From Acidobacteriota bacterium (GTDB lineage Bacteria; Acidobacteriota; UBA890; WLXD01), in NCBI GenBank assembly GCA_963666215.2, contig CAXWPL010000005.1, forward strand, positions 1,216,001-1,280,000: a stretch of 64,000 bases of DNA, in the 5' to 3' direction. Below, piece after piece: positions 53,032-63,069 of the stretch. A program made the translations under genes and the position numbers. The notes beneath the pieces are model-generated. The model saw nothing but the letters and a program-made list of their open reading frames with translations, was not told the origin of the DNA and did not search any database. The first letter of the stretch is position 1. The number at the start of each line of letters is the position of its first letter.

Positions 53032-54249
53032 CTACTCGGGCTTGGCCGACACAACCGACTGACAGAGGGCGGCCAGCTCGGCGGCGACGCGCTCCGGCGC
53101 GAAGCGTTCGACAAATACGCGCGCGTGCGGGCGACTGAACGGGGAGTTACCCGCGGTGAGCTCCTGGACGGCGGCCGCAATGGCTTCCGGATTGTTCGGC
53201 GGAACAACCCTGCCGACCGTGGGTGTCGGGAGCCAGTGGGAGATTCCGGTGGTCTCGGTGACCACGCACGGCGTGCCGACCGCGGCCGCTTCAACGCACA
53301 CCTTGTTGAGCGATTCGAGGCGTGAGGGAACCACCACAACATCGGCTGCTGCCATCAAATTGAGGACGCGGTCGGCATCAATTGCCCCGAGAAGCTGGAC
53401 CCGTTCGGCAACGCCCTGATGCTCGGCCTCGCGCCGCAGCGAGTCGGCCACATCGCCGAGGCCCCGAATGCTGAACGACGGGCCGGCAATCATCAGGTGG
53501 TGGTGTGGCAGCGATCGCATGGCGGCGATCAGCAGATCGAGGCCCTTGAAAGGATGAAGTCGGCCGACCGACAGCACGACGGTCTTTCCATGGGTGCCAT
53601 GCGCATCGTCGAGCGTGGCGCGGGCCTCTCTTCGGCGGCGCCTTGACTCGTCGTCGCCCACCCGGGCCGCAGCCACCGTGCCGCGCGAAACGTTGGACGG
53701 GATGATCTGGCGCATGGGCGCTGGCGCCTGCTCGACCAGATAGGGCTCGATCAACGGGGAGATCACGCGTAGCGCGGCCGCTCGGCGCAGGGTCCAGCGT
53801 GCAAGCACGCGTGGCAGCCAGAAGCGCCGAAACCCGTACGATGCGTCCTCGATGACGAGCGTGTCCTCGCCCATGGGTTTGATCACCAGGGGCCCTTTCC
53901 AGCCGGCCAGGGCGGCACCTAGCGCGCCAGCCGAGGCATGCGGATAGGCAACTTCCAGGTAAAGAAGATCGTGGGCATCGCCGTGCTCTCTCAGGTACGA
54001 GGCGAAGGCCATGGCGCTGGAGATCAGCCACGGGCAACGAGACAACGGCACCAGCACACGGTCGACCCATTCCCAGAGCCGGCTGGTGGAGAGAACCGTC
54101 GATCCGGGTCGGTCTTGCAGAGCATCGCCGGCGCAGCTGATGAGCTCGAACTCATGGCCAAGCTCGCGAAACTGCCGAGCCAGATCGTTACCGACTTGCC
54201 ATCCCAGCGACCGCTTGCTCAGGCGGGGCGAGAACATGGCGATGCGCAA
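53032..54249 (-). CDS. Glycosyltransferase family 4; frame stays open to 54489
   Basis: VGRLHPFKG, PSRLESLNKVCVEAAAVGTP; likely TTG start at (M)RIAMFSP. Confidence 0.85.
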   Translation of the reverse strand: MRIAMFSPRLSKRSLGWQVGNDLARQFRELGHEFELISCAGDALQDRPGSTVLSTSRLWEWVDRVLVPLSRCPWLISSAMAFASYLREHGDAHDLLYLEVAYPHASAGALGAALAGWKGPLVIKPMGEDTLVIEDASYGFRRFWLPRVLARWTLRRAAALRVISPLIEPYLVEQAPAPMRQIIPSNVSRGTVAAARVGDDESRRRRREARATLDDAHGTHGKTVVLSVGRLHPFKGLDLLIAAMRSLPHHHLMIAGPSFSIRGLGDVADSLRREAEHQGVAERVQLLGAIDADRVLNLMAAADVVVVPSRLESLNKVCVEAAAVGTPCVVTETTGISHWLPTPTVGRVVPPNNPEAIAAAVQELTAGNSPFSRPHARVFVERFAPERVAAELAALCQSVVSAKPE

Positions 54250-54668
54250 GGTCAGCTCACACCCGTCGAGGAAGTGCCGATCGGACAGTTTGCCCTCGCT
54301 GTTGAGCGCTTGAATCATGCGTTGAAGGTCGTTCGAGAGCCAGGCTTCACGTGGTTGTGGTGCTGACCCGCTTTGCACGGAGGCGCGCTTAGTCGGAGCA
54401 CTCGAACGATTCTTTCCGCTGCGGGTGGCGGCGACCACGATCAGGACCAAGGTCAGGAGAGCTACGAACGCGCCGAATCCCATTCCCATCCCTACCTACC
54501 TCGCTTGCTGCTGCCAAGTGCCCTGCAGTCCGCCGTCATCTGTCCCCGCCTCCAGAGAGTTGCGGGGGAGCCAGTCTCCCAGAGCCCGGCCGGTTCCGCG
54601 GCGAGGTCACAGGCCCTCCTCGGACAAGTCCCGATAAGAACCTCGGGCGGTCAGCAAGCGGCTTCCAA

Positions 54669-57320
54669 TCACTGGGCAGATAATCTATCGAACTTCGCGC
54701 TTGGAATCCCTCTGAACCGATCTGGCGTGCAAGTCAGAATGATGACCTGGCAGCCGGCAGCGGCTGAGGCGATGGTGCTGGCCATGCTCGCGAGTCGGTC
54801 CGGGTCCGTATGGCCGAGCGCGTCGTCGAGAATGAGCGGAACGCCGTCGTCGATTCCATGGGCCGTACCGGCCTTGGTGACGGTGAGCGCAGCCGCCAGA
54901 CGGGCGAGCAGGCCGAGCTGCTCCTGGGTCCCCTTGCTCAGAGAGTCAAACGGGATTGTGCGACCGCCCAGAGTCCTTGACTCGATCTGCAGGGTCTCGC
55001 TCAGCCCGACCTTAAACGTCGAGCCGTAGACGAGGCGCCCGAGACCATTGATACGTGCCGCCAGCGGGGCGACATAGGCCCCGTGAGCCCGGGCTTTGTG
55101 ACGCAAGAGCAGGTCGTGCAGGAGCTTCACGGCGTCGGCTCGACGCCTCAGGCTGGCCTCAGATTGTTGTGCCTGATGGAGCTTGGCCCGAGTATCTTCC
55201 AGTTCCTCGAAGACTCCACGCTCGTGTTTCACTTCCAGCCGCGCTCGCACTGCAGCCAGGTCCACCTCTGTCTCCTTCTGCTCGGTGCGCGCCTGCTCTA
55301 CCGCCGCTGTGGCGCTCTGCAGAAGCGCCGTCCCCTGGGCGGGATTCTGCTTTTCCAACTCGCGCTTCAGCTCGAAAACGTTTCTCGTGTGACCGTCAAC
55401 GGTGCCCAGGGCGGCATCAACGTCGCACTGCAAGTCTTCATCCGAGCGGATCTTCCGGGCGGTATCTAGTTCGGCTACCAGCCCGGCCTGCCGGCCCTGC
55501 ACCGACTCGCTTCTGACGATGGCCCGGAGGTGCTTCGAGCTCACGGCCTCCTGATGTTTCCGGGCGACGGCCAGTGCCTGCTCTGCCTGACCGAAGCTGC
55601 CTCTCGCATCCAAGAGCGCTCCACGCGCCTCTTTGTGATTCTCTCGAGCGACCGACTCAGACTCCGGCCGCGGCGGCTCTGGCTGCCTTTCCCTTTCATA
55701 GGCCGCCAGCTTGTCCGCCAGACTCGTGATCCTCGCTTCAATCTCAGCTGCCGTAGAGTCACCGAGCGCTTGCGCGATCTGGCCCTCGCTGCCGTCGAGG
55801 ACTCGTTCGGCATTAGCACGAGCCACATGCGCCGCGGAGGCTTTCTTGACCGAGTCCACGGAGTGGGCCTCGCAAAGCTCAGCCCACGTACTAGCAGCGC
55901 TCTCGGCCGCGGCTTCGAGCTCTTCCAGACTCGAGCCGGGAGTCAGAACCAGCTCAAGCTGGCCGGGGATCGCTAACGTGGTCTCCTCGATCACCGGCCG
56001 CCTGTCAGTGCCACCGCTGGCAATCTCGACCGCATCGCCATTGACCACGATCTGCAGATCTCGCAGCGCCCGAACCTCAAGCTCCGGACCACCGGCCTCG
56101 AGTGCGGCCTGGGCCTGCCCGACTGCGAGTTGCGCCTCCTGGAATCGCTCGAGCACATCATCGGTAACTGTGTTCCCCGCCAATTGCTCCCGTGCCTGCT
56201 CTCCTGTGGCCCTCAGCTTCGCTACCGAAGCCTGCCGCCCCTCGAGGTCACCGAGCTCACTCGTTCGGCGCAGGTGGCCCAGGTCTTGCGCACTCCGCTC
56301 TTCGTCGGTTTCGGCTGAGGCACGAGCGAGCCGGGCTGCTGATAGGTCGTCCTCGGCACCCTTCACTCTCTCGAGCTCATCTTTCTCGGCAGCTTCATCG
56401 AGTTGGAGTTCGAGATCGCCGAGCTCTTCCTCCGCCTGGGCCAGGTCCTTCAGAAGCCGGTCCCGCTCTCGCTTGCTCTTCTGCGCGCTTTCCAGGTGAA
56501 GGTTCGCGGCCCTGAGGTCGTTCGCAGCGGACTCCACCTGCAGCTCGAAGGTCTCGACGCGCCGCAACTCGCTATCCCGCTCCTGAACGGCAGTCTCGAG
56601 GTCCGGGATCAACATCTCCACACGCCGCAAACGGCTCGCCAGGCGCGCGCTCTCATCGACGTCCCTCCGCAGCGCCTCAAGCTCGTCTTCCAGTTCCGCC
56701 TCGCGCTCCTGCAGCGACGCTACGAGCTCGCCAGCCTCCGACACGAGGCTCTTGGACCTGCCAGTCGGGGTGAAGTATCGCGAGAACTCCTCCATCACAC
56801 GCCCCAGCAGCGGCCCGTGATCGAGGTCGTCGCCACTGCCGCCAGCGGCCGCATCGAGAGCCGTCTCGAGAGCTCGGCTGTCGGCGAGGTGTGCTTGATC
56901 GATCCCTTTTCCCTGCTCGATCTGCAGGGCCCTCCAGAGAGCCGTGTCGAGGGTCTCCTCGAGGATCTTCAGAACGCGATCGTGAGCCGTCTTCCCCGTG
57001 ACGTTCTCCGCCCTGGGCTGGAGAATCTCGAGCTCGGTCTTCGGCTTCTTCATGAACCTCTTGCGGTAGACAAGCTCATATTCACCGGTCTCGAAGGCCA
57101 GCTCGATCTCCGGGGCAGCATCCCGGTGTACGGGCACGATGTCCTTCACCCGCCTGGACTTCGAGGAGTCCGCGACTTCCAGGATCAGCTGGACCGCCTC
57201 GGCCAGTGATGACTTGCCCGCTTCATTGGGCCCCTCGACAACCGTCACCCCCGGGCCGATGTGGATCTCACGCTCCTCGGTACCGCGGAAGTTGCTGATC
57301 TTGATCCTGCTGATCTTCAA
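54669..57320 (-). CDS. Rad50/SbcC-like SMC ATPase (YhaN/Rv1278-like)
   Basis: NFRG, GPNEAGKS, long coiled coil, LSKG, LILDD. Confidence 0.9.
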   Translation of the reverse strand: MKISRIKISNFRGTEEREIHIGPGVTVVEGPNEAGKSSLAEAVQLILEVADSSKSRRVKDIVPVHRDAAPEIELAFETGEYELVYRKRFMKKPKTELEILQPRAENVTGKTAHDRVLKILEETLDTALWRALQIEQGKGIDQAHLADSRALETALDAAAGGSGDDLDHGPLLGRVMEEFSRYFTPTGRSKSLVSEAGELVASLQEREAELEDELEALRRDVDESARLASRLRRVEMLIPDLETAVQERDSELRRVETFELQVESAANDLRAANLHLESAQKSKRERDRLLKDLAQAEEELGDLELQLDEAAEKDELERVKGAEDDLSAARLARASAETDEERSAQDLGHLRRTSELGDLEGRQASVAKLRATGEQAREQLAGNTVTDDVLERFQEAQLAVGQAQAALEAGGPELEVRALRDLQIVVNGDAVEIASGGTDRRPVIEETTLAIPGQLELVLTPGSSLEELEAAAESAASTWAELCEAHSVDSVKKASAAHVARANAERVLDGSEGQIAQALGDSTAAEIEARITSLADKLAAYERERQPEPPRPESESVARENHKEARGALLDARGSFGQAEQALAVARKHQEAVSSKHLRAIVRSESVQGRQAGLVAELDTARKIRSDEDLQCDVDAALGTVDGHTRNVFELKRELEKQNPAQGTALLQSATAAVEQARTEQKETEVDLAAVRARLEVKHERGVFEELEDTRAKLHQAQQSEASLRRRADAVKLLHDLLLRHKARAHGAYVAPLAARINGLGRLVYGSTFKVGLSETLQIESRTLGGRTIPFDSLSKGTQEQLGLLARLAAALTVTKAGTAHGIDDGVPLILDDALGHTDPDRLASMASTIASAAAGCQVIILTCTPDRFRGIPSAKFDRLSAQ

Positions 57321-58501
57321 ACTGCTGCCGCCCTGGAGTCGCCCGCTTCCGGTTGCTTTGCAAGGGCGAGCTGATACAGCAGACTCATGGCGTCCCTGGA
57401 CTTGATGGCGTCGGCACCGGCGCCAGCTGCTATCTCCAGCAGGTCATCCCACGCGGCTCTCGCGTAGCCACTGAGCTGAACTTCATCGGCGTCCAGTTCG
57501 CCCGGCAGCACCATCAGCTCCGATTGCTCACAGCGAAGCGAGGCGTAGTGATCGTGGTACTCGGCGAGCAGATCCTCGAGACGGGTGCTGGAAGCCAGAC
57601 CGGTGAGGGCGCCGGTGAGCGTGAGCCTGACGACGATTCTCTCCTTGTGAGGTTGCCCCTCGAGAAACTCCGCCAACTCCTCGACGTCGGGCTCACCCGT
57701 CAGCTCGCGGCTCTCGTCCAGGAAGCGCCACGCTGCGTCACCCCACACAGAGAGGGGGCACACCACAGGCCTTGAGCCTAGCTCCAGATCCACAAGCAAG
57801 ACGGACCCCGGATCTAGCTCTCGAGATGCCGTCGCGATGGGCGTTCCCGAGTACCAGACCGCGCCGGTTTCTCCGAGACTCGTCACGGAATGGCGATCGC
57901 CGAGCGCCAGGTAGTGCAAACGTCCGCCCTGAATCGCCTCTTCCACTCCCTGCAGCCTGATCTGTGCGGGCTGCTCATGCTCCGGAGCCAGCGCGTCCAC
58001 ACGTCCGTGGGCAACGACAATCCGCGTCCAGTCCGCCGCGGGGCCGTTCAGCTTCTCCAGAAGACGGGCCACCAGATCGGCACCGGGCTGCTTGCTGCGC
58101 CATGGGGCACCCACGATCTCCACGTGACTGGTACCTGGCGGCTCGACACCCTGCTCCTGCTCCAGAACGATCACGTTCTCGGGCTTCCGGTTCAAGAAGG
58201 TGTGCGATTGATAGACGGAGGCCGCATCGAGAGCGTCATGGTTGCCTGGCAGCAAGAGGACGGGCACCGGCACTCGCGCTATGGCGTCGAGCGCGCGCTT
58301 GATCGTCTGCGGCTTCACGTGGTTGGACTCGAACACATCCCCGGCAACGACCACGAACTCGGCAACGTGCTCTTTCGCCAGTGCGCCAATCCTGTCGATG
58401 GCGTCGATGCGGTCCTGTGTGAAGCGAGCCTCCGCCTCCGGCGACAGGTAGTACCGGCTCATACCGAGCTGCCAATCTGATGAGTGGATGAAGCGTGGCA
58501 T
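57317..58501 (-). CDS. Mre11/SbcD-like metallophosphoesterase nuclease (YhaO/Rv1277-like)
   Basis: HSSDWQLG, AGDVFE, PGNHD, AHG, LGDRH, YSGTP. Confidence 0.92.
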   Translation of the reverse strand: MPRFIHSSDWQLGMSRYYLSPEAEARFTQDRIDAIDRIGALAKEHVAEFVVVAGDVFESNHVKPQTIKRALDAIARVPVPVLLLPGNHDALDAASVYQSHTFLNRKPENVIVLEQEQGVEPPGTSHVEIVGAPWRSKQPGADLVARLLEKLNGPAADWTRIVVAHGRVDALAPEHEQPAQIRLQGVEEAIQGGRLHYLALGDRHSVTSLGETGAVWYSGTPIATASRELDPGSVLLVDLELGSRPVVCPLSVWGDAAWRFLDESRELTGEPDVEELAEFLEGQPHKERIVVRLTLTGALTGLASSTRLEDLLAEYHDHYASLRCEQSELMVLPGELDADEVQLSGYARAAWDDLLEIAAGAGADAIKSRDAMSLLYQLALAKQPEAGDSRAAAV

Positions 58502-59149
58502 CGGGTTCGATCTCCTCCAAAGACCCGCAGCGCTGCACGTGACACACGCAGGGAGCGAGGGCAGGCACTGAACCGTACCTACTTGCGCCACTTTCACCCC
58601 CTCGGGGTAGGCCCTTGCCTAATTCCCGGCCACCAGCCAACCCAACCGAGTGAACCACGGTAGTACCACGTCTGACACGGCGCTAGAAAAATAATTATGC
58701 CCCGAAAATCGAGGCTCTGAGCGGCCGCCTAATGCACGATCTCGAGGTGTCGGATGCTACGGGTAGGGGCGGTGTCGGCGTCGCGGCGGATAACCAAAAC
58801 CTTGGCCGCCACCGCCAGCAGCGCGTCGATAAAAGCTCCAAGCCGGTGAATCCCTCGGCCTCGGCCGTGTGTAGAAGCCGTGTCGCCGCCAACCCTACCC
58901 GCGCCTGTACGCCATGCTCCGCGCAGCGCATCAACACCGCGTTGTCGGTTGGTGGCGGTTGCGCACGAACGCCTCATAGGCATCCGTCACCATCCGCGCG
59001 CCAAGCACCACCGACAGCGCGTACAGCAGATCAACCTCGGGTACTTCATTGTCGATGCACCAGGCCGCTACCGTTTCGTGTTCCGTCATCGACCCCTCCC
59101 CGGGTGTGTCGGGTTACGTCGAATGATTACCTCGCCACCAAGCGCCTCG

Positions 59150-59560
59150 ACGGCCTCGAGGAAATTTGACGAGCAGCACGAGGCCGACGTATCGAATGCA
59201 GAAGGCGGCCGCTACGGCTGTCGCCAAGATCACCGCCGCAGACGCGCTCTCCCGGTCGAGGAGACGAGCCAGCGCCAGTGTCGCAACGAGCATCGCCAGA
59301 ATAAAGATGCCCTCGGCGTAGGTTGCCGAAAAGGTGGTGATGATCCCGCCTGAGAGCCACGCCACACTGGCCATGCCGCCTGTGCGGGGCAGCGCGTACA
59401 GCAGCAGCACGATACAGATCAGGGCGGCCGCGGTGTCGATGACCTTGGCGGCCCAAAACACGGACAGGCCGGTCAGCTTGGCCGCACCCGCAATGGCAAG
59501 CGGGTAGCCCAGCGGCCATGTGGTGAATGGCTCAGGCTCGAGCTCACCCAGAGAATAGAG
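59150..59560 (-). pseudogene. Fragment of a GT-C-like polytopic membrane protein
   Basis: WPLGYPLAIA, YAEGIFI, IRYVG; no convincing start or end. Confidence 0.45.
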
Positions 59561-59747
59561 TCCGCGACCCTCAACGAAGCTGGTTGAGGACGGCGAAGCC
59601 CGGATCGTGAAGGGGCGGCTGCTGCCACCGGCCCCCCGCAAGGGCTGCTATGGTTTTGCTGTGGTATTGCCGTGCGGCCTCACGGACGGATCGGCGAGCG
59701 CCGAGGGCGACGTAGGCCGAAGCACGGCGCATCTGTGGGTTTGACTG

Positions 59748-59912
59748 ATGACAATCAGAGACTACGACGGCCCGGAATCCGTGAAAAAGATGTTCGACGA
59801 TGCCCGGAAGAATATCAACCGAGAGATTGAAACCTTCCTCAAGAAGCTCACGCCTGAAGAGAAGCGGGCGCTCGAAGCCCAGTTGAAGGCAGATCGGGAG
59901 TCGAAACCATGA
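59748..59912 (+). CDS. Small helical hypothetical protein or gene fragment (54 aa)
   Basis: MTIRDYDGPESVKKMFDDARKNINREIETFLKKLTPEEKRALEAQLKADRESKP; coding-like codon pattern. Confidence 0.4.
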   Translation: MTIRDYDGPESVKKMFDDARKNINREIETFLKKLTPEEKRALEAQLKADRESKP

Positions 59913-60080
59913 GCGGAAACACGCTCGACCTGAGTTGAACGGCGTGCCCACTCGACCAGGGGATGCTCCCAGCCGAGCAGCAACTGCCAGAGCAGCGGCT
60001 GCTGGCGCTGTGCAGCCTGCCACGCACCAACCCCGGTAACCGGGTTCGATATGTCCGACGCAACGGGCCGTACACGTTGG

Positions 60081-60580
60081 TTAGGTCACAGGCCCGGTCG
60101 GCAGAAACTTCAAGCTCAGTCCGGCAGGGATCGTCTTCCGGTTCCCAAACTGGACGTCGAAGTAGGAGACCGTCTCGCCCGAGCCGTATTCGATCTCAAC
60201 GCGCCATGGCGCGGCATTGTCCGGGCGTGAGTCGATGATTCTGCGAGAGAACACCGCCGCCGTCCCTTTCTTCAAGAGCCCCAACCCGCCCCACAAGATG
60301 GTGTGCGTGATCGTTGAACCGGTGCGCGCAGACCCTTCCGCCGTCAATGTACCGTCGAGCGCGACGCGCTGACCGCTCACCGCGAACGTCATGAACGGTT
60401 CCAGGATGAGGATGCCTTTGCGCCCGATCCGGCGGTTCTTCTTCGTGCCCGCGCCGACTCGGAGCTGAACCTCCGTCGATTCCACCACTAGCACCCGCCC
60501 GTCAACCAGGACGTTTTCGACGACTGAGCCGACCACTACGTCGTTTACCGTGACGGGGCGGTATCCTGCCGGTCGGCAAC
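60081..60580 (-). pseudogene. Fragment of a TrbI-like exported protein
   Basis: VVENVLVDGRVLV...RIGRKG..., ILWGGLGLLKKG; no start of its own. Confidence 0.4.
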
Positions 60581-60679
60581 TGATGACGACCACAGACCCG
60601 GCAGAGGCGCAGGAGCCGTCGAAGTTGGCGCAGGGCATCGGCGGTAATGCGAGCTCGGGCGACCACCTGGACGAGCAAG

Positions 60680-60865
60680 CGGCGCAACTTGCACCCGTGG
60701 CCGGTCTTCGTCTCGGGCGGCAGCAAAGAGCATCGAGCTTGCCTGGGGATCGGTGTCCACGAGCAGCACATCCTCGCCAGCACGGGCGGCCTCGGCGGCC
60801 AGGTTGGCGGCGATGGTGGACTTGCCGACCCCGCCTTTGGTGGTGGCTACGGCTAGCACCCGCAT
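60680..60865 (-). pseudogene. ParA family ATPase, N-terminal fragment
   Basis: [27 protein letters not shown]; homology lost after ~60 aa. Confidence 0.75.
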
Positions 60866-60899
60866 CTATGTCTCTACTCGTCTCCATAGACGCGCGTAC

Positions 60900-61574
60900 T
60901 CATGCCGCCTTGAGCACCGAGCGCACGTACTCGAACCGCCAGGGTGAGCCGTTGCGGGTGGTGAAGCCCTGCTGGTTGAGCTCGTCGGCGATAGTGCGCA
61001 GGGTGTGACCTTGGCCTCGGAGATCGCGCAGGTTGTGGAGTACCCGCTGCTCGGCGGGGCTCTCCTCCAGGGCGACACCACCAGCGGCGAGTTGATAGCC
61101 GAATGGCACCGTTCCAACTCGCTCCCCGCGGGCCTTCTTTGCCTGGAGGGCATCGCGGGTGCGCTCACCTATGACCTCGCGTTCCCACTGCCCCACCGAC
61201 ACCATGATGTTGAGCACCAGCCGACCGGCGGCGGAGCTCGTATCTAGCGACTCGGTGACACTGACCAGGGCAACCCCGCAGCGGTCGAAGAGGTCGAGCA
61301 GATCGGCCAGATCTCGAACCGAGCGGGTGAGGCGGTCGAGCTTGTGGACGATGACGGCATCCACCTTGCGAGCCTTCACCAGATCGAGGAGCCGAGCGGC
61401 GCTAGGTCGGTGCAGAGACTTTGCCGACTCGCCAGCATCGACGAGTACATCGACGAGCTCGTAGTCGCCGATCTCGGCGGCAGCGCGGATCTTGCGCTGC
61501 TGGAGCTCTAGGCTCTCGCCAGTCTCGGCCTGGTCGGTGGTGGAGACTCTCGCGTATCCGATGGCGATGGGCAT
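60900..61574 (-). CDS. Serine recombinase with short C-terminal recombinase/DNA-binding domain
   Basis: GYARVST, KLDRLTRS, GTVPFGY, IADELN..G..TRNG..W. Confidence 0.93.
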   Translation of the reverse strand: MPIAIGYARVSTTDQAETGESLELQQRKIRAAAEIGDYELVDVLVDAGESAKSLHRPSAARLLDLVKARKVDAVIVHKLDRLTRSVRDLADLLDLFDRCGVALVSVTESLDTSSAAGRLVLNIMVSVGQWEREVIGERTRDALQAKKARGERVGTVPFGYQLAAGGVALEESPAEQRVLHNLRDLRGQGHTLRTIADELNQQGFTTRNGSPWRFEYVRSVLKAA

Positions 61575-61578
61575 TGCC

Positions 61579-61788
61579 TCACCCCTTCATGCGCCGCTTG
61601 GCGAGCTCGTCCACGAGTCGCCGATCAGCGGTGTTGAGGTTCTTGTCGAGGAGCAGATCCACGGCCTGCTCGACGAGCTTGTACATGGGCTCCCCGGTGA
61701 CCTCGGCAGCGGCCCGCAAACGGGCTCGGAGCTCGGGATGCATCCGGGTGGTGAACACGGGTAGGTCGATGACTCTTTCGGCTCCCAT
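61579..61788 (-). CDS. Small ribbon-helix-helix-like DNA-binding protein
   Basis: FTTRMHPELRARLRAAA...MYKLVEQAV; directly upstream of the recombinase. Confidence 0.6.
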   Translation of the reverse strand: MGAERVIDLPVFTTRMHPELRARLRAAAEVTGEPMYKLVEQAVDLLLDKNLNTADRRLVDELAKRRMKG

Positions 61789-62208
61789 GATGTACAGAGT
61801 GTATCACATGAATTCATGCTTTCAAAGCGGTGATGATCCCCTACCTGCTCGTCTATTGAGACGAGGAGACGAGGAGATCTTGGGATGTAACCGACCGGTT
61901 GTATCCCAAAGGGGGTGAACAGGGGGGGTCACCGAAGAAGGAGTGGACGCGCTCTACATCCTTCCTTCGGCTTAGATAGAGGGGGCAGATATGTTGCCGA
62001 GAGGCCTACTTGTGATGATGATGATCGCGGCGGTGGCGGTGCCCACCTTTTCAGAAGAGAAGAGCGAGCCATAAACCGCCGCGATAGTGGCTGGACCGTC
62101 GAGCTGTTGGTAGCGTGGCCAAATCTGCGTCCGCTTTTTCTTGCCGGTCTTCTCGTCCTTCGCCTCCGCCAGCTCGGACAGTTCCTTCGGCTGGCTGGAC
62201 AGACTCGA

Positions 62209-62237
62209 CTAGTTGAATGACAATGTCATTCAACTAG
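62209..62237. promoter_or_regulatory. Palindromic operator of the TA operon
   Basis: CTAGTTGAATGACA-A-TGTCATTCAACTAG abutting the RBS. Confidence 0.75.
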
Positions 62238-62247
62238 GAGATTACAC

Positions 62248-62511
62248 ATGCCTGCAAATAAACTCGTCCAGGCCCGCATTGACGGGGCCGTCAAGGAAGA
62301 AGCGACGGCCGTGCTGGCCGCCATGGGCCTGACGGTCTCCGACGCGGTGCGGTTGCTGTTGACCAGGGTGGCGCGGGAGAAGGCCCTACCATTCGCGCCG
62401 TTGGTCCCCAACGCCGTCACCATCGAGGCGATGAAGGAAGCCCGCCAGGGCAACCTCCCGCAGTTCGCCAGCGTCGAGGACCTGCTCGACGATCTACATG
62501 CGGACGATTGA
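62248..62511 (+). CDS. dinJ: RelB/DinJ family antitoxin
   Basis: VQARID..KEEA..VL..MGLTVSDAVR, LPF, PN..TIEAM. Confidence 0.9.
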   Translation: MPANKLVQARIDGAVKEEATAVLAAMGLTVSDAVRLLLTRVAREKALPFAPLVPNAVTIEAMKEARQGNLPQFASVEDLLDDLHADD

Positions 62512-62779
62512 GCGTACCAATCAGTTCAAGCGCGACTACAAGCGTGAGTCCAGGGGCCGGCATCGGACAGACCTCGATGCCAGTCTGACGCTCATCGTGG
62601 AGGTCCTGGCCAACAACAAGCCGCTTGAACCTCGGCACTACGACCACGCACTAAGCGGCGAGTGGGGAGATCACCGTGACTGCCACGTGAAACCGGACCT
62701 GGTGCTGATCTACCAGAAGTCCGGCGCCGACACCCTGCGCCTGGTGCGCCTCGGGTCACATGCGGAACTAGGTCTATAA
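62498..62779 (+). CDS. yafQ: YafQ family mRNA interferase toxin
   Basis: FKRDYK, DHALSG.W, RDCHVKPDLVLIY, RLGSHAEL. Confidence 0.92.
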   Translation: MRTIERTNQFKRDYKRESRGRHRTDLDASLTLIVEVLANNKPLEPRHYDHALSGEWGDHRDCHVKPDLVLIYQKSGADTLRLVRLGSHAELGL

Positions 62780-62912
62780 CGCGGAACGACGAAGCGCCAG
62801 GTAGGGCGCGTTCGGCGCACGGCACTGGCCCACGCGCTTGACGTCTGCGAGACAGAGAATCAGACACGGGATACGACACACGGCGCCGCTCGTCTGAAGG
62901 CGCCCTCGCCGG

Positions 62913-62940
62913 TGTGTCGCAAACGGCCGTTTGCGACACA
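62913..62940. repeat. Perfect 28-bp palindrome
   Basis: TGTGTCGCAAACGG|CCGTTTGCGACACA. Confidence 0.9.
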
Positions 62941-63069
62941 GGCGGATCGGTGACGCCCGCGTCTCGAAGGGGCGGACGGCTCCGATGATATCCAGAACAT
63001 GGATCCTGCTTGCGGCACTCATGTACAACCACGCCGCCCTGGGGCCGTTACAGGGGCGCTCAGGGGATC

